In this document: positions 44,509-59,314 of the stretch, piece after piece
Layout of the letters: the number at the start of each line of letters is the position of its first letter
Position numbering within the stretch: the first letter of the stretch is position 1
Assembly (NCBI GenBank): GCA_951406725.2
Contig: OX597830.1
Location: 48,670,001-48,734,000, forward strand
DNA: 64,000 nt
Source: Octopus vulgaris
Lineage: Eukaryota
Direction of reading: 5' to 3'
Notes under the pieces: model-generated
The model's database searches: none
Told to the model about the DNA's origin: nothing
The model's input: the letters and a program-made list of their open reading frames with translations, nothing else
Position numbers and translations under genes: made by a program

Positions 44509-44574
<66 letters not shown>

Positions 44575-44767
44575 CCCTACCAACACACACACACACACAC
44601 ACACACAGTAGGGGGCTGGTTGAACAAACGAAAGATTTGAATGAAAATTTCGATCTGGGTCTAAAGACATCCACCTTTGTGGTCGCCAATGAAGAGAAGA
44701 ATATTTTGTAGATATAATTATTTCCATTTATAGATTTAGTCATATATGCATGCATGAACGTGGTTAT

Positions 44768-44821
<54 letters not shown>

Positions 44822-45573
44822 GTCTCATAATTGTCACTGCCATACTGCTCTGGCATAAGTAGTTAGTTTTAACGTGACTCCAGTATAAACTACTCCAAGC
44901 CTTCCTGTTTCTCCAAATTCTCAGCAGTAGAACACACACACACACACACACCACCTAATAACCCACCCACCGATACACACACCACACACCACACACACAC
45001 ATAGATACATACATACAAACAGACAAATGAAAAATAAATGATATGTAATATGAAGAAATATAACTTTAAAAAAAAAATGCTCTTCCACCGATCAAAAAAT
45101 CTTTTTTTTTTTTGCACACGGCAAAAAAAAAAAAAAAAAGAATAAGCCCAACATTATTAATCTAATATTATTTAAGCGAAATAGGATGTTTATGTAGTGT
45201 TATGAGACTGTTGTATACCTGGCGGTATTTCCGATGGTTTTTAGTAGGGCTCCACCTTGTACAAGACACCTGATATTCTGGCAGCTGCTTCACAACAACA
45301 ACATGGACAGCCACATCTTAATCATCTTTTTTTTTTCTTTACTGATTTTTCACACAATATTTTTTTTAGGAAGTGTTTAAATGGAATGAATTAATTTCTA
45401 TGTCAGCGCTTCCAAACAGGAATATAACCCTTTATTTCTAATTTTATTTTTATTTTTTACCATCATTTACACAGTTTTTTTTTCAGCTTCCTTCAGATAT
45501 ATATTTTTTTATTTCGTATTGTATCGATAGAATGATATCTACACATATATACATACATATATATATATATGTA

Positions 45574-45704
<131 letters not shown>

Positions 45705-45854
45705 ATGCGTGTGTGTGTGTGTGCTGGTATATAGATAGATATAGATACGGATATTTTGCTTGCCATAAAACACAATAGTTAACCATATTCAGCAACTACA
45801 GGACAAGCAGAAATAGTAATTCCGCTTATAGTCTCACACATGCGCACACGCATG

Positions 45855-45934
<80 letters not shown>

Positions 45935-45962
45935 ACACATATATACATATATATATATATAT

Positions 45963-46003
<41 letters not shown>

Positions 46004-46008
46004 TACAC

Positions 46009-46083
<75 letters not shown>

Positions 46084-46291
46084 TACATATATATATACAT
46101 TTATATAGAGAGAGAGAAGGAGGAGGAGAGGGTGTATACGTATGTTGTGTATTGATGCTTATATATGCATGCACATATACACATACATATACATATTCTT
46201 AAACACACACACACCACACACATACACATATATTTACTTAGATATGTGTGTGTGTGACAATGCATACATCCATCCATACATACATACATAC

Positions 46292-46386
<95 letters not shown>

Positions 46387-46402
46387 TATATATATATATA
46401 TA

Positions 46403-46454
<52 letters not shown>

Positions 46455-46476
46455 TATATATATATATATATATGCA

Positions 46477-46515
<39 letters not shown>

Positions 46516-46675
46516 GGGAAACATTTTGAGAAAACCAGCAATAGAAATAGAAATAGCGGTTAATGGAACTAGTTTAATGAACTACGTGGTTCACTTAATT
46601 TTCTCCGGCCTCTCTTTCTCTCCTCCTCTTTCCCAATAAGTATGTACCCCCCTCTCTCTCTCTCCATCTCTTATT

Positions 46676-46709
<34 letters not shown>

Positions 46710-46767
46710 GCTCACACATACATATATGTATATACGCACATTCGTATATATATTTACATCTATACAT

Positions 46768-46798
<31 letters not shown>

Positions 46799-47059
46799 CT
46801 ACATACACATACTCGCACATGCGACCTCCACACACACACACACACATAAAGAATATATATATATACTATTTCATTAGGAGCAATATTTTGCTACCATCAA
46901 CTTCTCTAAAAATATCTGATTTAAATATACAATATTTATATGTATGTTTAGTGAATTTAGTTTGCCATAAAGATTCAGTAGTTAGCCATATTAAGCCATT
47001 ACTGGACAAGCAGAATTAGTAAATCTACTTCAGGCCTAACACACACATCCACGCATACG

Positions 47060-48401
<1,342 letters not shown>

Positions 48402-48527
48402 AATTTCTTCCCAAAAAAGGTTCGGAACATCCTCATAATAGATTTCATAACATCTTTTAATATTTTTTTAAGAATCACCTGTACACTTCAAAAATTGTAC
48501 TAAGTAATTCTCATAGCCTGTCAAATA

Positions 48528-48595
<68 letters not shown>

Positions 48596-48810
48596 CGCGT
48601 GTGTGTACGTCTTTGTACCTTTGTATCTCTGTTTGTTCCCACAGGACCAGTTGACAACCGGTGGATAACCGATAGGATAAGTGCCAGGCATTTAGAAAAT
48701 TAAGTGCTGGGGTCGATTCACTCGACTAAAATTCTTGAATGTGGTGCCCCAACATGGGCGCGATCTAATGACTACGACAAGTAAAAGATGGAAGATATAT
48801 ATATATACAT

Positions 48811-48920
<110 letters not shown>

Positions 48921-49330
48921 CCAGATGAATATGGTACTTAAGTTGAGACACCAGAATTTAGTACGGTATTATCCATACAATTTCAAAGTAAGGTGAATAA
49001 AATCAAAATAAGCAACAAGGATATCCAGGATAAATTCGTTGGAAACAGCTGTATGGAATTAATATGTTATCCGTCTATTGTTATTCATTTAAATATTATT
49101 CACCTCACTCGAAACCTGCTCCTTGATTAGATCCGAAATATATTATGGACCGTACATTTTGTGCTGTGTGTGTTTCCTGATTAGCCTCGGGCCTCATGAT
49201 ACACTCAATGAATACAGTTTATCTTGTACTTCTGTATGTACTCTTCCATTTTTGTTGTGTACATATTATTCTAGTTTTCGACCTGACCCGGTGCCTTACC
49301 ACTTAAGTGCCTGATTCACTTGAACCATGA

Positions 49331-50250
49331 TCTACTATATCTACTACATACGTGGGAAATTCTGTGTGTGGGTGTGTTTGTGGAGTTGTTAGCTAACTCC
49401 TCCTACATAGTTTTATCGATTTTGATGAAACTTGACACGTGAGTAGAACTCATATCTGGAAACCTCATGGCATACTCAGATTGTTGAAAAAAATCGATAA
49501 TAGGACCCCTGGAAGGGATCCTTTTATATATCTAATATATTTTATTCAAAAAAATCACGGGAAATAACCCATTCGATCCTGGAAGGGATCCTTATATATA
49601 GCCAAGGGAAAAAAGCCATTTATTTTCCTAAATTATCTGCTAAAAATGAAATTGAGTATCCTTATTTCTTTGTATTTGAACAGTCAGAGTTATTTTCGCA
49701 AAATTATCCAGTACAACCCTTAAATAAGTAAATAGTATTTTCCAAAACAATAGATCCACTTATTTCGCTTAGTGACTTATTCACGAATATACCAACACTA
49801 GCGCCCCTGGAGGTAATATTTTCTGGAGACGCATAAAATCCCTTTTCAGAGTTATTTACTTTGAATTATTATTATCTCATTTCTGATTAGCCTGTATTTC
49901 GTAACATGCTTCACGATTTTAGTATACATACATTATTAGCATTTCCTCCTGTGTTCTATATTCTCTGGGAACGCATTAAAGCCCTTTTCCGGGCTACTTC
50001 ATTTGAACTCTTACTATTGAGTAACTAAATTCACGTTATTACATAATTGACTTCACAAACTGGGTATTCATAACTTATTGGGAATTCCTAAAAACAAGAT
50101 CCTGTGTAAGACAGTTCGGTATTCTCTGTAAAAGCAAAAAAAACGGTTAATGGGCGACATACTTTGTATTGTTGTTATTTTATTTGCGAAACAATTATGA
50201 GAACGGAACCAAGGGATAAACCCCGCTTTCCCGGGAATTACGTCAGCTAG
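49331..50250 (+). mobile_element. Non-autonomous Helitron (longer, diverged)
   Basis: a|TCtactata start; shared motif cgattttgatgaaacttgacac; cccgctttcccggg hairpin then CTAG|t. Confidence 0.65.
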
Positions 50251-50348
50251 TATATATATATATATGCGCAATTTATATATATACATACATACATACACAC
50301 ACACATATATATACACACAATTTATATATATATATATATATATATTAT

Positions 50349-50669
50349 TGGAAGCACTCCGTCGTTTACGACGATGAGGGTTCCGGTTGATCCGAATCAA
50401 CGGAACAGCCTGCTCGTGAAATTAACGTGTAAGTGGCTGAGCACTCCACAGACACGTGCACCCTTAACGTAGTTCTCGGGGATATTCAGCGTGACACAGG
50501 TACAACAGAAACAGGAAGTAAGAGTGAGAGAAAGTTGTGGTGAAAGAGTACAGCAGCTTTTAGGTGTTTTCGCTCAATAAACACTCACAACGCCCGGTCT
50601 GGGAATCGAAACCGCGATCCTATGACCGCGAGTCTGCTGCCCTAACCACTGGGCCATTGCGCCTCCACA
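50349..50669 (-). mobile_element. SINE family C
   Basis: Reverse complement of 30733 with internal deletions; a related 3' piece lies at 41030-41200. Confidence 0.85.
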
Positions 50670-51001
50670 TATATATATACACGCAATTTCATTTATAACC
50701 TGGCACTTTGTACCACGCCTATTATAATTGTCTTCGTTGGCCATGGAGTTGCAAGCGGGACATCAATGATGTAACACCCGGAGAAGAGAAAGCTAAATAA
50801 GCACTAGGGTGGTAAACATTTACAGCCAAGTAGGCTGAAGCAATGCAAAATGAAGACCCTTAGTCAAAGGTACAACGAGCCACTCGCTACTCAGTCCAGG
50901 AACCGAACCCACGACCTTAGGATCGTGAGGCGAATACTCTAACTACTAGGTTACGTACCTCCTCAGACAGCGTGAGCGCACGCACACACTGATTGCTTGA
51001 T

Positions 51002-51145
51002 AGACGGACAGGCGGACTGACAGGCAGACGGGCAGGCGGACCGACAGGCAGACGGGCAGGCGGACCAACGGGCAGGCGGACCGACAGGCAGGCAGGCAGG
51101 CGGACCGACAGGCAGGCAGGCAGGCGGACCGACAGGCAGGCAGGC
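51002..51145. repeat. ~24-bp GC-rich minisatellite grading into (GATA)n
   Basis: gacaggcaggcaggcaggcggacc units. Confidence 0.85.
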
Positions 51146-51153
51146 AGATAGGC

Positions 51154-51220
<67 letters not shown>

Positions 51221-52519
51221 TAGATAGATAGAGAGATAGAGATAGAGAGAGGTAGATAGATAGATATCCATGTGAATTGAAGTTGTATTATTATTATTAT
51301 TATTATTATTATCATTATTATTATTATTAAGACATTTTGAGTTGCCTTTCTAGATTAAGGGCAATGGAGGAAAGAATTAAAAGAGGGACAGAGAAGGGTA
51401 GTAGAAAGAGGAGAGAGAAGGAGTAGAAGATGAGAGAGAGGAAATAGAGAAGGAGCAGACAGAAGGAAGCGGTTTGGGGAAATAAATGAAATAAAAAAAA
51501 AGAAGGAAATAAGAGAATAAAAAAGGACAGAAAATAAGGAAAAGAGGACAGAGAGAGAGAGAGAGAGAGAGAGAAGAGAGAGAGGGAGAGAGAGAGAGAG
51601 AGAAAGTTGAAGAGGAAGAGAAGGTAATATGAAGGGAAAAAGAGAAAAGGAAAATAGAGCTGAAGATAGGAAAGGAGCAGAGGAAGAGAATGAGCTTGAA
51701 AGAGAGAAGAGGGAGGGGAGATGGAGATGAAGAGAGTGAGAGGAGGAGAGGGGGGAGGAGGAGAGGGAGGGGAAAGAAAAAGATGATGGAGGACATTATG
51801 AGATATTGAGTTGTAACAGTGAAAGGTTTCTTACCTAACTCCTTAATTTCCGAGGGGAAATTTCCAGGAAATCAAATGTGTTTTTGTGGGTTGGTGTGGC
51901 AGATGTTCCATTGGTGCTTGGGTACATCTAGTTACTGTTAGAATTTTAAGTACATCAGCAAAATCCTTTTTCATTCTCGACTCCTCTGTCGCCATCACAT
52001 TCACGTACGCACACACAGACGCACACACACAGACGCACGCACGTACACACTCATTTTATATCTCTGTCGCCAATTCGAACCATATCTTTACAACCCATTG
52101 CCTGCGCAGATGGAAAAACGATAAAAATTTCCAATATTATTAAATATTGCGTAGTTCGCTTGACATTTTGCGATTTCACAGACTGGAAGGTTGTGTAGAA
52201 GAGGATGAAATTACAGCGGAAACCCACGGGTAATGGTGTCGGGGAGAGGTCTGCAATGGTTAGCAAATATGTTTTACTTGAAGTATCATCCGACCAGAGA
52301 TAGTAAAACCATAGAATTGTCGTTTAACAACACTGAATGGCTTTGTTGACCTGCTCCGTCTTTATGTTCCTCCTGTCAATGAGGGCGATGGTGATGATGA
52401 TGGTGGTCGTCGTCGTCGTCGAAGTAGTAGCAATAATTTTAGCTGAGTTTTAGCGATTATCATCATCGTCATCGATATCATCATCATTAGCAGCAGCAGC
52501 ATCATTATTATTATTATAC

Positions 52520-53020
52520 CCTGGTACAGTACAAAACAGTGGTTTTCATGCCTTCTGATCTTAACTAATTGGAAGCGTAATCATGTACATGTTTTGTCTT
52601 GGTATAAAAGATGGGTTACAGCGAATATTCTGATCAATACCACAGATTTGCCTGTCGGTTGTTTGACCTTAACCAGTTGAGCATGTCCCTTAGTGGCTGA
52701 CGATATGTGCATCTCTGATCACGAGCAGAAGTGGGGGAGGAGCATCATAGCCATGTGTTGAGAGGAATTCTTTGGGGTTTGGGTAATTTACCTCTGGAAA
52801 CATGGGTGTTTCATTCACCATCCTCAAACCTTATTCAGGGGCCTTTTGAGTGAGATGTGCTACTCGGCCTAAAAAAATTCTAACTAGGCCACACCTGCAA
52901 GGTTATGCGCTGTTTACCTTGATACGAGGTTACAATGTCGCGCACATATGGTGGCGATGCACGTACCTGATGTACTCTTATCAGACGGATAATCATGATG
53001 GGTATATAGGGATTCGTATA
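52520..53020 (+). mobile_element. Second copy of the 14528 element
   Basis: tgttttgtcttggtataaaagatggg...gagcatgtcccttagtggctgacgatatgtgcatctctg shared. Confidence 0.7.
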
Positions 53021-53090
53021 TTAATGCACCTTCATCATCATTCATCATTGTTGAGTGAGAGAATTGCTAAAAATATTATTAATATTTTGG

Positions 53091-53208
53091 GGGCGGGAGC
53101 TGGCAGAATCGTTTGCACGGCCGGTATTTCGTCCGTCTTCACATTCTGAGTTCAAATTCCGCTGAGGGCCACTTTGCCTCTCATCCTTTCGGGGTCGATA
53201 AAATAAGT
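53091..53208 (+). mobile_element. SINE A fragment
   Basis: Head plus core. Confidence 0.75.
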
Positions 53209-53934
53209 CGTCGGGGTGGAGTAAGAGGGAGGAAAAGTAGAAAGAGGGAAAGGGAAAGTGAAAGTGTGAGAGGGAAAGAGGAGAAAAGGCGAAGGATAAG
53301 AGAGGGAAAAAGACTGGGGCAGTGGAAAGCTCACAATACTGGTGTTTGTTTGTGCATATGGATGTGAAGGATATTCTTGCTAAGAGGGGTACCTATACGC
53401 AATGTATTTAAGTGATATGTTATGGTGTGGGAAAGCAATTTAGGGGCATGGGATGATGTGTACATCAGTGAGTCTGTGAGTACACGGATGAAGGGGTTAT
53501 CTACGCCCACATGCCAAAGTAGCCCGTAGTACAGTTATTCTGTATGGATGTAGAGATGCATAAGAGAGTGTATGTGGGTCTGTGAAATGGGAATAGGGCT
53601 ACGATGGGATTTAAACACAGAATACAAAGAGTCATAAGGCAAGACATGTCTGACATTCCCACCAGTCTGCAGTCCTACCCTGGCAATTTTATCAACCCCT
53701 GATGAGAGTTGACAACAGGGGTTTGAAAATAAAATAATATTCACCAAGGCATTTTCGTCCAACACTAACGACTTTGTTACTTTATCTGATGAAAATGAAT
53801 TCAACCACACTGAATGATTTTGAAAATAGTTGTATCATGGATTGACTGATTTCTATAACTGTCAAAATATATTGAGTGCTCTATAGTGTGGCACCTGTAA
53901 CCTGATTACACACCCATGTGTGTGTGTGTGTGTA

Positions 53935-54125
53935 GTTCAAATTTGCAGAAAACAAAAGACGAAGACAGGTGAAGGAACAACAAGCAGGTGTATTAGTTTG
54001 ACGCTCGGAAAGAATGGAAAAGTCTTTAACGCTTTGAACCTACGCCCTTCGACTTAAAGGATTGAGAGGGTAAAAACAGAAAGAAACAAAAGACAAAGAT
54101 GGTGAGAGAAAGAACTGTGTAGGGA
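53935..54125 (-). mobile_element. PLE pLTR fragment (decayed hammerhead motif)
   Basis: Homologous to 43153-43390 (aaaagacgaag.caggtg...gtattagt.tg.cgctc). Confidence 0.55.
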
Positions 54126-55160
54126 TTAACGGTTCAGCTTGATGAAATGGCACTTCAACTTGTAATTTGCCGAGTGTGTTGTTCGTTGTCGCCGATAGCC
54201 ATTTGAGTTGGTAGGCTGTTCGACAAAAGTTGGCTTCCAGGTCGAATAAGATTTTTTCCTTCAGCTGTTGACTCAAAATAAATTTAGGGTCTAGACTGAG
54301 AAGTTCTAGTCCTTCATGGGAGAGTGACCCACTCAAGTCTGTGACTCGGGATTTCGTTGCTGATGGTGTGCTGGCGTCCTCGGTGTTAGTGTTATCTTGT
54401 TCGGTGGATGTGTCCTGTTCATTTGTGTCGGTGTAATATGCCGAGTTGTGTTGGTATTTGTTACAAAGCCATTGGAATTTGAGTTTGAGGCGTGTCTTCT
54501 CTTGGTCAAAGCAGTGGTAGTAGCACGGTCAATAGCTGCGATGGTTCTTCGGTATGTATGTTCAATGGTTGGCGTGATGCTGGATATTATTTCAGAGAAT
54601 TTACGTTTGTGCTCATGTAGATGGCGAATGATTTTCCTGATGACGAACGTATGTATGTATTTCAGTGATCGTCGAAGGGCAAGGCTGTGGAAACACGAGG
54701 GTAGATATATGTTCCTGATGGTTTTAGGAATTACATTGTTTTTAGGCAGCGTTTAAGAAAGTTTATTTGGCATCCGATTTTAACACGTTTCTCAGATAGC
54801 TTGATCAACTCCCTAGCGTTTGCAAACTCGCCCTGGGCCAGGCGTAGAAAGAGCAGAGTATTGTAGTTCGCTTGAAGCATTGTGTATTGTTTATAAAGAA
54901 TAAAATGTTTTGAATGGTACAACAATGCACTATAATACAGACAATGGTCTATATACCCGTTGTAATTTAGTCAACCATAGTCTGATATGATATTTCGGAA
55001 TAATATCCCTTCTTCAGATATTCTTAGATAAAGTCGCTGCTATAAATGGTTTTCCAACGGCTTTTCTTTTTTCAGAAGTGTCTCAGCAGTGATCTCACGA
55101 TGCTCCTTCCGGAATTCCTCATGAGAAGTGTATGAGGTCGGTCAAGTCTTAATCTCGTGT
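54126..55160 (-). mobile_element. Penelope-like element: ORF N-terminus plus upstream pLTR
   Basis: Frameshifted ..QINFLKRCLK.. and LSHEGLELLSLDPKF..LEANF, typical PLE N-terminal motifs. Hammerhead-like motif at 54980-55018 just upstream of the ORF on the same strand. Confidence 0.75.
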
Positions 55161-55199
55161 GTGTTGGTACATCCATAGTGCTGCTTCTAAGTTACGTAT

Positions 55200-55556
55200 T
55201 ATACGTGGAGCTTCCTTTTTTTATAGAATACAATGTAACAAGTTCTACATGTGTAGCACAACAAGCCTGTTACACGTCCGCATCAAAGAACATCTGAACA
55301 CTAGAGCTTCCTCCTTCATAAAAAATCTAGACAGATGCCGGAACACTGACAAAAGCATAACAGTCACAATTGAGGCCAATGAAAGAAATTTAGGTAATTT
55401 AAGAATTAAGGAAGCTATACTCATACACAGACAAGGCCCCCAAATTAACAACAGGCTGGAGGTTGGTAATCAATACATTATTTAGATACATATTGATGCG
55501 CATAGGTTCATTTTTGATATGATCATCTGTAGTTTATAACAAAAAAAAAAAAAAAG
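55200..55556 (+). mobile_element. PLE GIY-YIG endonuclease fragment with poly(A) and TSD
   Basis: FYRIQCNKFY..T...LHVRIKEH...LRIKEAILI...PQINN; A15 tail; flanking tgcttctaagttac(g/a)tat duplication. Confidence 0.75.
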
Positions 55557-55976
55557 TGCTTCTAAGTTACATATCATTTTCCATGCTGGCATGAGTTGAA
55601 CGGAGCTGGTATGGTCAGGGGCTGCACCAAGCTTCATTGTCTATATTGGTATGGTCGCTACAGCTGGAAGCCCTTCCCAACACCACTCCACAAAGTGTAC
55701 TGGTTGCTTTTTATGTGACACCAGCACTGGTACCAATTCTGCTGTGACAGAGGGGTCTTCTTGGGTACAGCAATGTGCCAGACACATCTCAGTCCTTTAT
55801 CATCTCCTTTGTAAGACTCAGTGTCTTCAGATCGGCCTTTATATCTTTCTGAGTCTCCCTCTTCCACAAATTCCATCCACTTTATGTTACAAAGATAAAC
55901 ATTTTACCAGGTTTCACAGTGTGACGTCATTGAAATTATTTAAAACAAAAGAAAATTGTAGTTTGATAAACTATTA

Positions 55977-55982
55977 TTTATT
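55977..55982 (-). promoter_or_regulatory. Candidate distal polyadenylation signal (AATAAA)
   Basis: Plus-strand tttatt, followed about 20-40 nt downstream on the minus strand by a U/GU-rich tract (ttttcttttgtttt), at the edge of the non-repetitive region. Confidence 0.4.
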
Positions 55983-56961
55983 TCTGAGTAAAATATTTCC
56001 AATAAAGTTATCAACTTTCACAAAACTTGAGAAATTATTGACAAAACTACTGAATTGTCAGCTAAAATCACATCCACATACATTTCACATTCAAATTTCT
56101 TACTCAGTTAACTTTTTTTTATCATGAAAAAATACAAAAATATTTGTGTAAATTTTTTTTTTTTTTTAGATACAAATATAAAAATAAAAAAAAGAGAAAA
56201 ATTTCAAGATATTTACATGTTCTAAAAATACACACACTCACACATTATCTGTCCTGGGTACTTTATAAACATTGTTTTATTTTCTTTCAACAAAAGTAGG
56301 TATTCCTTTAAGAAAGTGGTTCACAAGCTGGCTTTTATAGTTGCTCCAGCTTGAGCTTATTTGAATTGCTTAAAGACAGAATGGTGTCATTGCAATCTTC
56401 TTTGAAATTCCAGGTTCCAGTTGGAATAAAACCAAGAATTACTGGAAAATAGTTTCCTAAGCAACCACAGAATGAATCTTGTTTTCTCACCCTTGATTTT
56501 CTTCAAAGATCTGATTTTTGTTTTCCTTTTTTTTTTTCCTCTTTTAACCCAAAGACAGAGTGGGGTGGGTGCCTATTTCATAATAGGAACTCAAGACACA
56601 CAAGTATCTCTTCAATCACATTCAATCTCAAAAAAAAAAAAAAAAAAAAAAAAACCCTGACTGTAAAATCCTTGTCTCTTAACATGAAATGTTGAGGTTG
56701 AAAAAATCTTTAGAAAAACTTAACAAACATCACAAACAATAAATATGACAAAAACTTCTTTTTTTTTTTCGTAAGTTTCTTTTTCTGAAATTTGAGAAAG
56801 TTATGGTGACAAAAAATATTAGTGGGTAGGAAAGAGACAATAGAAAATTAAGGTTGTACAGAAAGTCATTGATGAATGGAATGAAAATGTGCATTAAATT
56901 GCACAACTGACAACTGATATAACACTGAAAACTTTCAATTAGTTAATAAATATTATGTTAA

Positions 56962-57072
56962 CCCTTTAGCATTTAAATCAGCCATGTCTGGCTCAAATAT
57001 TTTGTTTTATGATCCAGATCCAGCCTCTCAAACCTATCCTACATTTGGCAGAATAATCTGAATGCCTAAGGG
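56962..57072. mobile_element. TTAA-flanked MITE (piggyBac-like)
   Basis: ttaa|ccctttagcatt ... aatgcctaaggg|ttaa. A left-end fragment of the same family lies at ~60616-60670. Confidence 0.65.
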
Positions 57073-57125
57073 TTAAGGGTGCATTCCTTTGTGTGCAACC
57101 ACAGCCTCAAACTATTGTGTACAAA

Positions 57126-57580
57126 AGACTCTCATACTTGCAATCAGACGGTATGAGAGACTCTCATACTTGCAATCAGACGGTATGAGAGACTCCCATA
57201 CTTGCAATCAGACGGTATGAGAGACTCTCATACTTGCAATCAGACGGTATGAGAGACTCTCATACTTGCAATCAGACGGCATGAGAGACTCTCATACTTG
57301 CAATCAGACAGTATGAGAGACTCTCATACTTGCAATCAGACAGTATGAGAGACTCTCATACTTGCAATCAGACAGTATGAGAGACTCTCATACTTGCAAT
57401 CAGACAGTATGAGAGACTCTCATACTTGCAATCAGACGGTATGAGAGACTCTCAAACTTGCAATCAGACGGTATGAGAGACTCCCATACTTGCAATCAGA
57501 CGGTATGAGAGACTCCCATACTTGCAATCAGACGGTATGAGAGACTCTCATACTTGCAATCAGACAGCATGAGAGACTCT
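57126..57580. repeat. Tandem array, 14 x 32 bp, each unit self-complementary
   Basis: Unit agactctcatacttgcaatcagacggtatgag; exact 32-bp period; no spacers. Confidence 0.97.
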
Positions 57581-59212
57581 TACATAGTCTGAGACTGCGC
57601 TGAATCACTGTGAGTCCTGTGAGTCTTCGCCATCCTCCAGGACAACCCTTTTTCCATTTTGTCTGCTGGGACCTCAAAGTGGTCTGAATTTTAGGAAACT
57701 GACCACAACAGTTAAGAGGTAAACAGCTTCTGATTTATAACAAGGAGAGGCAAAAAAAACAAACATGAAGCTACGACATTCATGCCTTTCCTGAATGATA
57801 TTAGTGATGTGAGCCAATGAGATTTTGATTCAATGAGCAGAACAATGTTAACATCTGAGAGACCAAAAAATATATTGAAGCAGATAAAAAGCTCATCCAT
57901 CCATGACAAACAAACAAACATTACATTAAATTGGTTCCCTTCAACCATCATCATCATCATCATCATATTGTTATTAATTTGACTTTTAATAAATGCATAT
58001 TTTACTCTAGCACCATACCCATTCGTTAACATCATCATCATTATCATAATGATTAATATTTGGGAATTCAATGTTGAAATTTTTAATATGTAAAGAAACC
58101 TTAAATTCCGAAAGATAAGTACTTCAGAGTGGTAAAATTTGATAAACAGAGTTGCCTTTTTTGTTTATTTTTACAGCCAAATGGTTGCTAAGGCAATATA
58201 TTTAGGCAAATACTAGTTAAAATAATTAGTTTATTAATATCACTTAATCTAGCTCTTTATTTTAAAAAAATGTTCTGGCCTAAGGCCTATTACAGTAACT
58301 CTTCAATTTAAGTCCAAGAATTTCAGGAACCTGCAGTATTCTGAAACATTTAATTCTACATCCGTTAACAGAAATAGTGACGTCTACAACTGTCTTTCAA
58401 AGGACAAAGGTTGGAAATTCAAGTAAACTAGTTGAGATTCAAACAATATAAGCCTTTAGACTTTCTCCTGTCGATCTAAAAATAGGATCCAAATAAAAAA
58501 TTTAGAAAGCAGGAGATTTCAGATACGAAGAAAAATAGCTTATTGAGAGAAACTAAAATGGAATGACAGGACTTTATATTTCACAGTTAACTTCATATTT
58601 CCATTTAAATCCACATATTTTAATCAGTTTGATCTCCGGTCACCAGGTGTTTTATTCCTGAATATAGATATGGCAGTGGTAGACGGGATTCAAAGAAAGA
58701 ATATGCAAAAGAGATAATTGCTGCAAGATTAGAGAAAAGGTTCCTAGTTTGTATCTATATTGAAGTAATAATGATCGGAGATCTATGGCATTGAAACATA
58801 ATGTAGAAATAAAATGGTAAATAGGCACTGTGAAAATGAAGTTAATAGTGCAAAAGGATAAAATTTTAAGAAATCAAACTCGCAGATAATCCAAAGTATT
58901 CTTCCCAATGACTATCAGAAGAGAAACTGTTAATTGTTATCTTATTAAAATGTCACTTAAAAAAGAAAAAAAAAAGTCCCAAATTTTGGAAAATAGAAGA
59001 ATCTCACAAAACTTCAATCCAAAAATGGAAAAAGAATTACTACAAGTTGACTTTCCTATCATTTAACATTGAACTATATTAAAAACAAGAAAAGTTCCTG
59101 ATATTTTAAAAGATAAAGCAGAGAGAGAGAGAGAAAATAAATACACAAAAAAAAAATGAAATAATTTGAAGAATGACAATTCAACAAAAAGTAATTCCTT
59201 CTGAAGTTCTTC

Positions 59213-59314
59213 TCAGACAATCACAGGTTTATGTTTCCGCACATCATTGAAGTAGGGATGAAGAAGCGCCAGTCTGGCTGTGATGCGGTTCTTAGGTTCA
59301 TAACGCAACATATT
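59213..59314 (-). CDS. CDK2: CDK2-like kinase, last coding exon
   Basis: tttctcttgtag|AAT ATG TTG CGT TAT GAA CCT... = NMLRYEPKNRITARLALLHPYFNDVRKHKPVIV*, kinase subdomain XI (ML.YDP..RI.A..AL.HP.F.DV). In phase with the upstream exon. Too short for the ORF track. Confidence 0.88.
   Translation of the reverse strand, partial: NMLRYEPKNRITARLALLHPYFNDVRKHKPVIV

Larger units (their letters stand above)
55955..59212 (-). other. Putative long 3' UTR of the CDK2-like gene
   Basis: SINE-free, microsatellite-poor sequence, U-rich on the minus strand, downstream of the stop codon. Several minus-strand AATAAA; the end point is inferred. Confidence 0.5.

Noticed and set aside
49799-49813. Second CTCF-like motif
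   Set aside because: One base short in the G run and inside a Helitron.
57126-57580. CRISPR array
   Set aside because: The palindromic 32-bp units are contiguous with no unique spacers, there are no cas genes, and the context is eukaryotic.
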